DNA of 64,000 nt. Source: Nitrospirota bacterium (GTDB lineage: Bacteria > Nitrospirota > UBA9217). A program made the translations under genes and the position numbers. The notes beneath the pieces were generated by a model. The model saw nothing but the letters and a program-made list of their open reading frames with translations, did no database searches and had not been told where the DNA came from. The stretch is from assembly GCA_035623825.1 (NCBI GenBank), contig DASPSR010000007.1, positions 96,001-160,000 on the forward strand, given 5' to 3'. Positions 20,171 through 30,568 of this stretch are shown piece by piece. Numbering within the stretch: position 1 is the stretch's first letter; each line of letters begins with the position of its first letter.

Positions 20171-21925
20171 ATGGATCCATCAGCAGAAATGATCCGCACG
20201 AAAAAGCCCTCTCAACAGAAGGCTCTTGTCAACGTGCTGGGCGTTGTCTACTTGCACTCCACGACGGAAGACGGGGGGGACCTGTATCTTACCAGGTTCG
20301 CCGAGTCCCACCATCAACATCTCGATATCAGGAACTGGTACGAAGAAAGCTGGTTCACCAGGCACCGCGTGCGGCTACAGGGAACAAGCTCCGTTTACCG
20401 AGTCCCGACGAGACGCATCGGAGGAGTGCATCTCGACCTCGTGGTCAAGAACTGCCGCGTTGGGGAGGATGTTCCCCTTAACACCCATACCCTGAAGGAG
20501 TTCATGAGCGCCGAGTTCAACAGCCCCTGGGAGGAATTCGCCCTGGTCATGGAGATGGGCGACAAGCAGTTCGGCCAGCGGATCGAATGGGTCAAGGTGC
20601 AGCAGCCTCTGGCCATCTACGTGCCGCCCCAGCGCATGCAGCTGTGGCAGAGCGGACGGTCCCGGGCCAAGATCAACCGCATCCGCGCGCGCCATCCCGG
20701 CATCGATCTCGACATCCTAAAGCAATACAAGCTTGTCTACGAATGGATTCGAGGTAAGAACCTCATCGAGATCTTCGAGCACATCAGGCTCGGGCTCCCC
20801 GATGTTGTTCATCACCTGCAAGCAATGCAGAAGAAGGCCTTCGAGGACCTCACCACAAAGGGTTACCACATGGCGGACATGAAGCCAGAGCATATCATTC
20901 TCGACGAGGAGGACTGTGAACGCATCGAGCAGGCCGGTGAAGACACCGATGCGAACAGGAAGCAGGTCGAAATGCTCTATCATCTGCTGAATATCGGGAA
21001 ATACTCAGTGGTCGATTACGAGCTGCTCTTCCGTACTCCCGAGCATGAGGACAGGGTTAAGGCCTCGCGGCGGCATTCCTATCTTGATGAGATGCGAGGC
21101 AGGCTCACGCCGACACCCCTGCCTTCTTACCTGACGCGGGCAGAAATCTTCGGAGTCCCCTATATCTTCGGCCATGCGGAAAGCACCGGTGGCCGCATGT
21201 GGGTCGTTGGGAAAAACGGACGCCTATTCGACTACTTTCTTCCGGAACGCTGGCGGAAGACACCTTCCCTGAGCCTTTCCGATGACAATGAGGTGTACTA
21301 TACGGTCACCAAGGACAACATCCATCTTGTCTGGGAAACTTCCCGGGTGGGCGAGATACCGGCCGACAAGAAATACAACATGGAGGAGATCGAGAAGATC
21401 AAACAGTACGGGATAAACAGCCCGTTCGAAGAGTTCGCCATCTCGCAGGATCTCAATCAACGGGGCATCCATGCGGTGTACGTCCGGGCGATCTACGCCA
21501 CGGGAAGCGAGAAGGTGGAGCGGTCGGTCGACCCAAGGAGATACGAGTCCCATCGGTCAATCCTGGACAATGACGGCAATCCGGTACTGGAGGAGGACCA
21601 CAACTACATTTCGATCCGCGGCTACTACAACGGTCCAGACGACTGGGTGCCGGAGAACGAAGGCTCATTGCTGACACCAGTAGATCTGGCCAAAGCCTTG
21701 CGCAAGAAAATCATCGATGAATCCCAATGCAGAAGCTATCTTGAAAAGGTTGTAGAAAGGCTGCGGCATGCAGGATACGACGGCACGTTGTTGAAGCCGA
21801 ACGACTTTCTCCTGACTTTGGACGCAAGAGGAGAGGTCATGAAGGACGGGAACGGCGACCCCGACATCATAATATGCAATTTCGAGGTCCTTTGGAAGAT
21901 CATCGGTTCAACATCAACGTCATGA
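20171..21925 (+). CDS. Uncharacterised protein with two tandem protein-kinase-like domains (intact + degenerate)
   Basis: Internal duplication FNSPWEEF/INSPFEEF; N-half VVK, HMADMKPEHI, DYE; C-half VWE, LLKPNDF, NFE. Confidence 0.7.
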   Translation: MDPSAEMIRTKKPSQQKALVNVLGVVYLHSTTEDGGDLYLTRFAESHHQHLDIRNWYEESWFTRHRVRLQGTSSVYRVPTRRIGGVHLDLVVKNCRVGEDVPLNTHTLKEFMSAEFNSPWEEFALVMEMGDKQFGQRIEWVKVQQPLAIYVPPQRMQLWQSGRSRAKINRIRARHPGIDLDILKQYKLVYEWIRGKNLIEIFEHIRLGLPDVVHHLQAMQKKAFEDLTTKGYHMADMKPEHIILDEEDCERIEQAGEDTDANRKQVEMLYHLLNIGKYSVVDYELLFRTPEHEDRVKASRRHSYLDEMRGRLTPTPLPSYLTRAEIFGVPYIFGHAESTGGRMWVVGKNGRLFDYFLPERWRKTPSLSLSDDNEVYYTVTKDNIHLVWETSRVGEIPADKKYNMEEIEKIKQYGINSPFEEFAISQDLNQRGIHAVYVRAIYATGSEKVERSVDPRRYESHRSILDNDGNPVLEEDHNYISIRGYYNGPDDWVPENEGSLLTPVDLAKALRKKIIDESQCRSYLEKVVERLRHAGYDGTLLKPNDFLLTLDARGEVMKDGNGDPDIIICNFEVLWKIIGSTSTS

Positions 21926-21978
21926 CGTTCGTGCGTTCGTCCGGGCGGGTGCAGGCTCCGGACGCCGTTAAATTCGCA

Positions 21979-22005
21979 AGGCCGGAATGAAACCCGGCCT
22001 TTTTT
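21979..22005 (+). terminator. Rho-independent terminator
   Basis: AGGCCGG...CCGGCCT followed by TTTTT. Confidence 0.75.
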
Positions 22006-22092
22006 ATTTCTGAGGTGCTACAATAAAAACAGGTTCAGGAGTCATTATCCGTTTCTTTCAATACTCATTTGTAGCTTTTATTGGGGTTGAAT

Positions 22093-23835
22093 ATGAAGAA
22101 CCAGCAGATAGCGCGGATCTTCAACGAGATTGCGGAGCTTCTCGAACTTAAAGGCGAGAACGTATTTCGCATACGGGCGTACCGTAGGGCTGCACAGAAC
22201 ATTGACGGCCTCTCAAAGGACGTAGCCGCGCTCTCCGTGGAGGATCTTGAAGCGATTCCCGGGATCGGGAAGGACCTGGCCAATAAAGTCCGGGAATATC
22301 TGGAAACGGGGAAAATGGCAAAACACGAGGAATTGAAAAAAGAAATTCCTGAAGGGGTATTGCAGCTTCTGCAGGTCCCCGGACTGGGACCCAAGAAAGC
22401 CAAGATGCTCTTCGACATGCTCAAGGTAGAAAGCATAGAAGAGCTTGAAGAGGCTGTTCAGAAGGGGAAACTCACCGGTCTGCCGGGTATTCAGAAGAAA
22501 ACGGAAGAGAACATATTGCAGGGCATCGAACTGCTGAAACGTGGTACCGAGCGGCGGCCCCTGGGAAGAGTGCTGCCTCTAGCGGAAGACATAGTAAGGC
22601 GCGTACGCGATACCGCTCCCGTCGACAAGATAGAGATCGCAGGCAGCATCCGACGGATGAAGGAAACGGTTAAGGACATCGACATCCTCACCACGTCGAA
22701 GAATCCCGCAGCTGTCATGGATGTTTTCGTGAAGCTCCCGCACGTGTCCCGGGTCCTGATGCACGGGCCGACAAAATCGTCGGTTATCACCGAAGAGGGG
22801 ATTCAGGTGGACCTGAGGGTGGTCGAAGAGGATTCCTTCGGCGCGGCGCTACAGTATTTTACCGGAAGCAAGCAGCACAATATCAAGCTTCGGGAAATGG
22901 CGGTCAAGTCGGGCTTCAAGATCAACGAATACGGCGTGTTCAAGGAACCAGGTGGCAAGAAGATTGGCGGGAAGAAGGAAGAGGAAGTCTATAAAGCGCT
23001 CAAGCTTCCTTACATTCCTCCAGAGCTGAGAGAAGACACGGGCGAGATCGAGGCCGCCCAGAAGGGCAAGCTCCCTGACCTCGTAACGCTTCATGATATC
23101 AAGGGCGACCTCCACGTCCATACAAAGTGGTCCGACGGGAGTCATGAACTTGACACGGTGGTTCAGGCAGCAAGGGAGAAAGGTTACCAGTACATAGCGA
23201 TCACTGACCATACCAAAGGGCTTGGCGTTGCACATGGCCTTGACGAAAAAAGGCTTGCACAGGAGATCAGGCTCATCGATGGGGCGAACAGAATGCTATC
23301 AGGGTTCAAGATACTGAAGGGGACAGAGATCGACATTCGTTCAGACGGCGGACTGGACCTGTCCGACGATGTACTCATGCGGCTTGACATCGTGGTGGCC
23401 TCCATCCACTCAGGGTTCAAACAGCCGCGGGAACAGATAACGAAGAGACTCCTCTCGGCCATTCGCAGCCCCTGCGTGAGCGTGATCGCCCACCCCACAG
23501 GCAGGCTTATCGGCGAGCGCGACGCCTATGCCGTTGACATGGTGATGGTGCTGAAAGAGGCGGCAAAGTATGGTGTGGCAATGGAAGTGAACGCATATCC
23601 CCTACGGCTGGACCTGAACGATATTCACATCAAAATGGCCAAGGAGTATGGCGTGACGCTGGTCATCAGCACGGATACCCATGTCACGAGCCAATACGAT
23701 TTCATGGCCTATGGAGTTTCCGTTGCGCGTCGCGGCTGGGTTGAAAAGAAGGATGTGCTGAACACGCTTGGCTACGAACAGCTCATCAAGAAGTTGAAGG
23801 CATGCGCGGCACGGAAGGCAAAACTGAAACAATAA
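22093..23835 (+). CDS. polX: DNA polymerase X / PHP 3'-5' exonuclease
   Basis: HhH motifs, GS.RR..KDIDIL, QVDLRV, YFTGS; PHP DLHVHT..SDG, TDH, HPTGR. Confidence 0.96.
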   Translation: MKNQQIARIFNEIAELLELKGENVFRIRAYRRAAQNIDGLSKDVAALSVEDLEAIPGIGKDLANKVREYLETGKMAKHEELKKEIPEGVLQLLQVPGLGPKKAKMLFDMLKVESIEELEEAVQKGKLTGLPGIQKKTEENILQGIELLKRGTERRPLGRVLPLAEDIVRRVRDTAPVDKIEIAGSIRRMKETVKDIDILTTSKNPAAVMDVFVKLPHVSRVLMHGPTKSSVITEEGIQVDLRVVEEDSFGAALQYFTGSKQHNIKLREMAVKSGFKINEYGVFKEPGGKKIGGKKEEEVYKALKLPYIPPELREDTGEIEAAQKGKLPDLVTLHDIKGDLHVHTKWSDGSHELDTVVQAAREKGYQYIAITDHTKGLGVAHGLDEKRLAQEIRLIDGANRMLSGFKILKGTEIDIRSDGGLDLSDDVLMRLDIVVASIHSGFKQPREQITKRLLSAIRSPCVSVIAHPTGRLIGERDAYAVDMVMVLKEAAKYGVAMEVNAYPLRLDLNDIHIKMAKEYGVTLVISTDTHVTSQYDFMAYGVSVARRGWVEKKDVLNTLGYEQLIKKLKACAARKAKLKQ

Positions 23836-24003
23836 ACCGACATGTTCTGCAGGATAGCAAACCAAACCCGGCATTGAATCGGCCCGCGTTCTCTGATCAT
23901 TGCATGACCAAAGGGAGCATGGCAAGAACTGCATAGTAGCAGCGTATAATCTGGCAATACGTGATCGCTTCCTGACGCCGCTCCCCGCAATGATGCATTG
24001 TGA

Positions 24004-24648
24004 TTATCCCTTCTTGATCTGGCATCCCTTGTAAGTCCTTTCAATCTCGGCTTGAAGATTGTTGAAATCTCCTCTGCCTTTTGTTCTGATGACAACTCTC
24101 CGATACCCTTCCTTCACCCCCTCGTAGGAGGTCAGGATCCCCTGGAGGCGGAAATTATATTTTCTGACGATATCCGCCACTTCTTTTATCGAGCCCGGCC
24201 GGTCTTCGATCGTAACGCACAACCGATGCCCGCCGTGCCGCGCGCCGGTAATATCCACGAGCGCGCGGAAGATGTCTTTGTCGGAGATGATGCCGACGAG
24301 TTGTCCCTGCTCGAGCACCGGCAAGCATCCTATATTACGATCCAGCATAATCATTGCCGCCTCTTCAACCGGGGTACCGGGATCAGTAGTGATCACCTTA
24401 GCCTTCATCACGTCTTTTATCTTTGTTTTCGCGAGGAGATAGTGGAGCTCGTAGATATCGAGCGCCGTGGCCTTTGAGGGACTATGCTCCTTGATATCCC
24501 TGTCTGAGATAATGCCTAACAGCTTGCCATTCTTCAGGACGGGGAGGTGTTTTATGCCGTGCTGCTTCATCATGGAGAGCGCATCGGAAAGATAATCGTC
24601 GGGATACAGAATAATAACCTTTTTCGTCATCCAGTCGGACACGTACAT
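24004..24648 (-). CDS. CBS + ACT domain protein (AcuB-like)
   Basis: MYVSDWMT, two CBS repeats, EDRPGSI ACT motif. Confidence 0.88.
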   Translation of the reverse strand: MYVSDWMTKKVIILYPDDYLSDALSMMKQHGIKHLPVLKNGKLLGIISDRDIKEHSPSKATALDIYELHYLLAKTKIKDVMKAKVITTDPGTPVEEAAMIMLDRNIGCLPVLEQGQLVGIISDKDIFRALVDITGARHGGHRLCVTIEDRPGSIKEVADIVRKYNFRLQGILTSYEGVKEGYRRVVIRTKGRGDFNNLQAEIERTYKGCQIKKG

Positions 24649-24790
24649 GGAGCACCTCCGGTGGAAATTTCGAGATTCAGTTGACAAATCCTGGAAAAAC
24701 AATAATATGCCGAATTTCTTGATGGCGCTTTTAATTTATTGTGGCGTTGAACATGGGCGTTTGGCATCTTGCCACCTTCATTCTGCTTGT

Positions 24791-25495
24791 TCACAAACCC
24801 AGATACGCCGTCTTCACATGCTCGTCATTCAGCAGCGCTTGGCCGGTCCCTTGCATGGCCACCCTGCCGTTCTCAAGCACATAGGCGCGGTCGGCGATGG
24901 CAAGGGTTTGCTTTACATTCTGTTCGACAATGAGGACCGTCGTCCCCTCTTCGCGGATCTTCCCGATGATACTGAAGATCTCACGGACGAGGATCGGAGC
25001 GAGTCCGAGCGATGGTTCATCGAGCATGAGGAGTTTTGGCAACGCCATGAGCCCTCTCCCGATGGCGACCATCTGCTGCTCCCCGCCTGAAAGCGTTCCC
25101 GTGGACTGTTTCCTTCGTTCTCGTAGTCGAGGAAAGAAACGGAATACCATCTCCTTGGTCATCTCCCTCATCGCTTTTGCTTCACCGCGGAGCGATCCCA
25201 TTTCCAGGTTCTCTTCCACGGTCATATCGATGAAAAGCCGCCGCGCCTCGGGGCAGTGGGCGATTCCCAGCTCGATGAGCTTGAACGGTTGGACGGTGTG
25301 GATCGGCGAACCGTCAAACAGGACCGACCCGGTTCGGGGGCGGAGGAGACCGGAGACGGTTTTAAGCATTGTTGATTTGCCTGCGCCGTTCGCTCCGAGA
25401 AGGGCAACGACCTCTCCCTGCTTCACCTCGAATGAGACATCCCAGATCACTTGGACGTCACCGTAAAATACGTCTATGCCTCGTATCTCCAGCAC
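24791..25495 (-). CDS. livF: Branched-chain amino acid-type ABC transporter ATPase
   Basis: GANGAGKST, LSGGEQQM, LDEPSLGLAP; GTG start. Confidence 0.9.
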   Translation of the reverse strand: MLEIRGIDVFYGDVQVIWDVSFEVKQGEVVALLGANGAGKSTMLKTVSGLLRPRTGSVLFDGSPIHTVQPFKLIELGIAHCPEARRLFIDMTVEENLEMGSLRGEAKAMREMTKEMVFRFFPRLRERRKQSTGTLSGGEQQMVAIGRGLMALPKLLMLDEPSLGLAPILVREIFSIIGKIREEGTTVLIVEQNVKQTLAIADRAYVLENGRVAMQGTGQALLNDEHVKTAYLGL

Positions 25496-25496
25496 T

Positions 25497-26210
25497 TTAT
25501 GCCTCTCCCAGATAGGCCTCGACGACCAATCCATTATCCCGGATCTCCTGAGGTGTCCCCTCGGCGATCTTCTCACCGTAGTTGAGTACTACAATCCGGT
25601 CTGATATGGACATGATCACCTTCATATGGTGCTCAATGATCATGATGGTGATGCCCCTTTCCCTTATCTTGCCGATGATGCCAATGGACGCGTCTAGCTC
25701 CGAAGGGTTTAATCCGGCAAATGACTCATCGAGGAGCAGGATCTCCGGCTGAGTAGCGAGTGCTCGCGCGATTTCAAGCCGCTTACGCTTGCCGAGCGGC
25801 AATCCCCTCGAGATTACTTCGCGGTCGTTATCGAGAGCGGTGAAATGGAGTATATCCCGGGCAGCCACTTCAGCCTGTTTCCTGTTCCCGGTTCGGAGCA
25901 AGGCTGATGCAATGACGTTATCCAGGACGCTCATACGCTGAAGCGGCTTGACCACCTGAAAAGTCCTGGCGATGCCGCGCTGGCATATCTCGTGCGGCTT
26001 GTGCCCCGAAATTGTGATGTCATTGAAAAAGACATCACCGCGCGACGGTTTGTAGAATCCGTTCACGACGTTAAAGAGCGTGGTTTTTCCGGCACCATTG
26101 GGACCGATGAGCCCCAGGATTTCTCCCTTGGTGATCCCGAATGAAACATCCTTGAGAGCGGCAAGACCTCCAAAGAACATTGAAACCTTCTTGATCTCCA
26201 GAAAGCTCAT
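25497..26210 (-). CDS. livG: Branched-chain amino acid-type ABC transporter ATPase
   Basis: FGGL.AL, GPNGAGKTT, ARTFQ, IEHHM, AYLG. Confidence 0.9.
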   Translation of the reverse strand: MSFLEIKKVSMFFGGLAALKDVSFGITKGEILGLIGPNGAGKTTLFNVVNGFYKPSRGDVFFNDITISGHKPHEICQRGIARTFQVVKPLQRMSVLDNVIASALLRTGNRKQAEVAARDILHFTALDNDREVISRGLPLGKRKRLEIARALATQPEILLLDESFAGLNPSELDASIGIIGKIRERGITIMIIEHHMKVIMSISDRIVVLNYGEKIAEGTPQEIRDNGLVVEAYLGEA

Positions 26211-27148
26211 GACGGCCCCCTCGAAAGGTCACGAAGCTTCCTCAGTTTAGGAAAATCGCCGACAATACCGTTGGGCAGGAAGATGATGATAACAATCAAA
26301 AGGATGCCGAAGAACGTATGGTGGGCCGTGCCGAGCGCAGGGACCGATCTGATAATCTCGGATAAAAGCACCATGATGATCGCACCTACCACCGGACCCC
26401 AGTAGGTTGCGACTCCTCCAACCATGACGACCATGATGGTCACGATCGAAATGTCATGAAGCGCGAAAACCACCTTGGGATCGATATAGCCCATATAGTT
26501 CATATAGAAGACGCCGGCAAACCCTGTGAGCATGGCACTCAGACACAGCGCAATGGTTTTATAAAGCGTCGTGTTAATTCCGAGCGACTCGGCAGCATCC
26601 TGATCCTCGCGAATGGCAACGAAGTAATAGCCGAGTTTCGACTCGATGACAATTTTGATCGCGAGGAAGGTCCCGCAGGCGACGGCGAGGATGATGTAGT
26701 AGTACCATGTTTTTTCGATCCAGGTCCGTTCGCGGATCATGATGCCGAGATCTCCGCCCGTGAAATTCACAAGATTCTCAGCAGTGATCCGAAGGATGAC
26801 CCCCATCGAGAGTGTAGCAAGGGCGAAGAACGGTCCTCGAAGACGCAGGCAGATGTATCCGATGACAAGGGCTAATAGGGTCACCACGATGATGCTGAAT
26901 GGCAGCCCCCACCATGCCGAGATGCCGAACTTGCTGTAGAGCATCCCGGACGCATAGGCTCCGGTTCCAAAGAACGCGGCATGCCCGAAGGATACCTGGC
27001 CGCAGTACCCGCTCAGAAGATTCCATGCCATGCCGATCACCGACCACATGATGACGAGGATGATGATGTGCATTACGTAGGAACTGAGGCCGATGAATGG
27101 CAACGCCGCAAGCAGCACTGCGATTATGATGGGAAAATATTTTTTCAT
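26207..27148 (-). CDS. livM: ABC transporter permease
   Basis: GQVSFGHAAFFG, LRLRGPFFALATL, AIRED..AAE. Confidence 0.88.
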   Translation of the reverse strand: MKKYFPIIIAVLLAALPFIGLSSYVMHIIILVIMWSVIGMAWNLLSGYCGQVSFGHAAFFGTGAYASGMLYSKFGISAWWGLPFSIIVVTLLALVIGYICLRLRGPFFALATLSMGVILRITAENLVNFTGGDLGIMIRERTWIEKTWYYYIILAVACGTFLAIKIVIESKLGYYFVAIREDQDAAESLGINTTLYKTIALCLSAMLTGFAGVFYMNYMGYIDPKVVFALHDISIVTIMVVMVGGVATYWGPVVGAIIMVLLSEIIRSVPALGTAHHTFFGILLIVIIIFLPNGIVGDFPKLRKLRDLSRGPS

Positions 27149-27251
27149 TTGAAATCCGTTGTCTCGCATCTGCATAGCAAAGTGAGCCTAGATCTTGCCG
27201 CCGTTTGCCTCTGCGAACTTGCGGAAAATTATAAAACAGTTATGGTTGTCT

Positions 27252-28187
27252 TCATCTTCCGATTCCGAGCCTTTTTGCCTTCAGGAGCGAAGCAACCCCA
27301 CCCGGCAGAAAGATCAGAGCCATCACGAAGATGACGAAGCGTCCCACCGGCGCCCAGCCCATGCCCACGTAAGTCGCAGTGAGCGATTCAAAGAGGCCGA
27401 GAATCACACCGCCGATGATGGCCCCCACCGTGGACCCGAGGCCGCCAAGGATGGTGATGACGAAGGCAATCAGCGTAAACTGCCCCCCGATGTCGGGATA
27501 GATATAATAGATGGGAATGAAGAGGCAGCCCGCCGCACCGACGAGAGAGGATCCGAGCCCGAACGTGATCACTCGCATCTTGTCCACGTTGACGCCCATC
27601 AGGAGTGCCGCATCACGATCCTGGGCCGTTGCCCGGATAGACTTACCGGTGTCCGTCTTGGCCAGGAAGAACCAAAGACATGCTGTTATGAGCACGGCGA
27701 TGACGAATGAAACCGACCAGGGCATTGAGAGCGAGAGCTCGATAGGTGTTTTTTCCCAGATATCGGAGAGGTACCATGCCTTGGTGGCGTAGTCCACGGG
27801 CGTTTGCCGGTAGTCGGACTTGAATATAAAGGTCGCGATATTGGCAAGCACCATGCCGATTCCTACGGTAAGGATCACCTGATTCTCTGGCAGAATGGAC
27901 TCGACCTTAAGCACGGGGTTGATCAGATACTTCTGAATCGCTATACCCAGGAGGAAGAGGGCCGGAGTAGCGATAAAGACTGAGAGATAGGGATCCATAT
28001 GAAAGAGGGAGAAGAGCACATAGGCGATGTACATGGCCACCATCATGAGCTCGCCATGGGCGAGGTTGATGATCTTCATGACGCCCATGATTATGGTCAT
28101 GCCGATGCCTATCAACGCATACAGTCCACCGAGCAGAATGCCGGATATCAGAGTCTGCAGTAGGACTTCAAGCTGGATCGATGTCAT
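27252..28187 (-). CDS. livH: ABC transporter permease
   Basis: GGLYALIGIG, INLAHGE, GKSIRA, LGGLGS. Confidence 0.88.
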   Translation of the reverse strand: MTSIQLEVLLQTLISGILLGGLYALIGIGMTIIMGVMKIINLAHGELMMVAMYIAYVLFSLFHMDPYLSVFIATPALFLLGIAIQKYLINPVLKVESILPENQVILTVGIGMVLANIATFIFKSDYRQTPVDYATKAWYLSDIWEKTPIELSLSMPWSVSFVIAVLITACLWFFLAKTDTGKSIRATAQDRDAALLMGVNVDKMRVITFGLGSSLVGAAGCLFIPIYYIYPDIGGQFTLIAFVITILGGLGSTVGAIIGGVILGLFESLTATYVGMGWAPVGRFVIFVMALIFLPGGVASLLKAKRLGIGR

Positions 28188-28386
28188 GAAGCACCATACT
28201 TTCCGCCATGGAGTTCACAGAGGGCACTGAGGATATGAAGCTCCAGTTCCCGACGCCGGATCTCCAAGAGACCCAGACATCAAAGACACAGTCTCGACCC
28301 GAAAACACCGATCATTAGGTGCTCATTCGGATTTTCTCGAGGCGATTTGACATGGTCTCCTCTCGCGCGCAATGACCAAAACACTT

Positions 28387-29577
28387 TTACCTTCTCTCCC
28401 TCCAGGTGGGAATGGGGTAAATGTAATGAGCGCTGGCATGTTGTTTCGGCCAGATCGTCTCGAACTTGCCGTGAATGACTTGGATAGCGAGGGTATCCAT
28501 GAAGTTCTGGTTCTGATAGCCGTCCTTGTTCTGAAACTTGATGGGACCGAAAGCAGTCATGAGGTTTGCAGCCTTCAGTGAGTCGCGAATGCCATCCTGG
28601 GTCCAATTCTTCGCCCTCTCGAGAGCGTTCTGCACGACGAACAGAGCGGCATAGGCTGACGCACCATGATAGGAAGGATAGTCGCCATATTTTGCCTTGT
28701 ATTTTTCAGCGAATTCCTTCGCGCCGGGATACTTGAGCTGCGGCGTCCAGAGAGTCGCGCTGACCACGTACTCGGCGGCATCCTTGGCGCCATCGATGAA
28801 TTCCGGTATCGCAAAACCTGCTGCACCGCCGGCGTAAAGCTTAGCATCGACCCGCAGTTCTTTAACCTGCTTCATCAAGAGCTGAGCCTCGTTTGCATAT
28901 GATACAGTGTAGATGACGTCTGGCTGTGCTGCCCTTACCTTGCCGAGGATTGGTCTGAAGTCGATAGCGCCGGTCTCGAATTTTTCCTTCAGCACAACCT
29001 GGATGCCCAGCTTTTGAGCATCCTGCTCCATGGCGTTTGCACCTGATGTGCCGAACGCCGAACTCTCGTAGAGGATCGCCATCGTCTTGGGTTTGATGAC
29101 CTCTTTCAAGAAGGAGACAAGAGCGTCGGCATAGTGCTCATTAACCTCGTTCTGGCGGAATACATACGTGTAATTCTGCCTCGTGATATCGTCATCGGCG
29201 CTAGCCACGATCAGATAGGGGGTTTTACGCTCCTCCGCGACAGCCGCGACTGCCTTCGCGCAGGAGGATGTATATTCTCCCACTATGATAGGCTGTTTCT
29301 TCACATCTATCAGCTTCTCCACGATGGCGCGGGCGGTCTCGGGTTTACCGCTCGAATCCTCGAAGGAAAGAGCCAGCATCTTACCTTTGATGCCACCCTT
29401 GGCATTGATTTCCTCGGCAGCCATTTCATAGGACCTTTTCATGATTTCTCCGAACTTTGCCTGCTTGCCAGTAAGTGGCAGGGGGATTGTAAGATCGAAG
29501 TTCTCCGCTGCGTACAAAGGCGCTGCGAAGAGAATCACGGCCAATGTAAAAGTCATTGCGAGTGTCAAACGTTTCAT
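28387..29577 (-). CDS. ABC transporter substrate-binding protein (LivJ/K type)
   Basis: Signal peptide; PLTG, INAKGGIKG, periplasmic binding fold; RBS AGGAGG. Confidence 0.9.
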   Translation of the reverse strand: MKRLTLAMTFTLAVILFAAPLYAAENFDLTIPLPLTGKQAKFGEIMKRSYEMAAEEINAKGGIKGKMLALSFEDSSGKPETARAIVEKLIDVKKQPIIVGEYTSSCAKAVAAVAEERKTPYLIVASADDDITRQNYTYVFRQNEVNEHYADALVSFLKEVIKPKTMAILYESSAFGTSGANAMEQDAQKLGIQVVLKEKFETGAIDFRPILGKVRAAQPDVIYTVSYANEAQLLMKQVKELRVDAKLYAGGAAGFAIPEFIDGAKDAAEYVVSATLWTPQLKYPGAKEFAEKYKAKYGDYPSYHGASAYAALFVVQNALERAKNWTQDGIRDSLKAANLMTAFGPIKFQNKDGYQNQNFMDTLAIQVIHGKFETIWPKQHASAHYIYPIPTWRERR

Positions 29578-29660
29578 GGAAACCTCCTTGTACGGGCAGA
29601 ATATCTTTTTTTGGATACGAAAGGTGTTCGCCATGGTGATATTTGCCCTGCTTTTTATGT

Positions 29661-30428
29661 TTAGTGGCTCCCGCTCGTTCGATCCCTCCCCATGATCAGG
29701 GCCTTGATGAACTCCCGGTTCAGTTTTGCGATGAACTTCACCTTGATCCCTTTGGGACACACGGACTCGCATTCATAATGATTACTGCAGCTTCCGAAGC
29801 CCTGCCCGAGCATCTCATCGGTCATGACGCAGACGCGCCGCGCCGCCTCGACCTGGCCCTGAGGCAGCGATGCAAGGTGCGATATTTTAGCCGCGGTAAA
29901 GAGCATGGCCGAGCCATTCGGGCAAGCGGCCACGCAGGCGCCGCAGCCGATGCACTCTGCAGCGTCCATGGCGGTATCTGCGTCGGTTTTCGGAATGAGG
30001 ATCGTGTTGGCGTCCGGGACGCCGCCGGTGTGGACGGAGATGTATCCCCCTGCTTGGATCACGCGGTCGAAAGCGCCACGGTCCACGACGAGGTCCTTCA
30101 GCACCGGGAACGCCTGGGCCCGGAAGGGTTCGACGTAAATCGTGTCGCCGTCCTTGAAATGTCGCATGTGGAGCTGGCAAACCGTGGTTTTTCTCCGGGG
30201 TCCGTGGGGGATGCCGTTGATGACCTGGCCGCAGGAACCGCAGATCCCCTCGCGGCAGTCGTGGTCGAATGCTATGGGCTCCTGGCCCTTTCTGACTAGG
30301 TCCTCGTTCACCACATCAAGCATCTCGAGAAAGGACATATCGACGGTAATGTCGCGGGCTTCATATTGCTCAAGCCTTCCCCTCTCTGAGGGATCTTTCT
30401 GACGCCAGACATATAAGATCAGGTTCAT
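29661..30428 (-). CDS. sdhB: Succinate dehydrogenase/fumarate reductase Fe-S subunit
   Basis: [36 protein letters not shown]. Confidence 0.95.
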   Translation of the reverse strand: MNLILYVWRQKDPSERGRLEQYEARDITVDMSFLEMLDVVNEDLVRKGQEPIAFDHDCREGICGSCGQVINGIPHGPRRKTTVCQLHMRHFKDGDTIYVEPFRAQAFPVLKDLVVDRGAFDRVIQAGGYISVHTGGVPDANTILIPKTDADTAMDAAECIGCGACVAACPNGSAMLFTAAKISHLASLPQGQVEAARRVCVMTDEMLGQGFGSCSNHYECESVCPKGIKVKFIAKLNREFIKALIMGRDRTSGSH

Positions 30429-30568
30429 TATCAACCTCTGTGAAAAGTCCAAAATCCCGAAAAACGTCAAGCGCCGGTGTCAAAATTTTTAAGCATACTC
30501 GACACGCCTCGTTGACGTCACAGGTCGTTATTTGGAACGTGTCGCGTGAATTTCCGTTGCTTGCCTCA

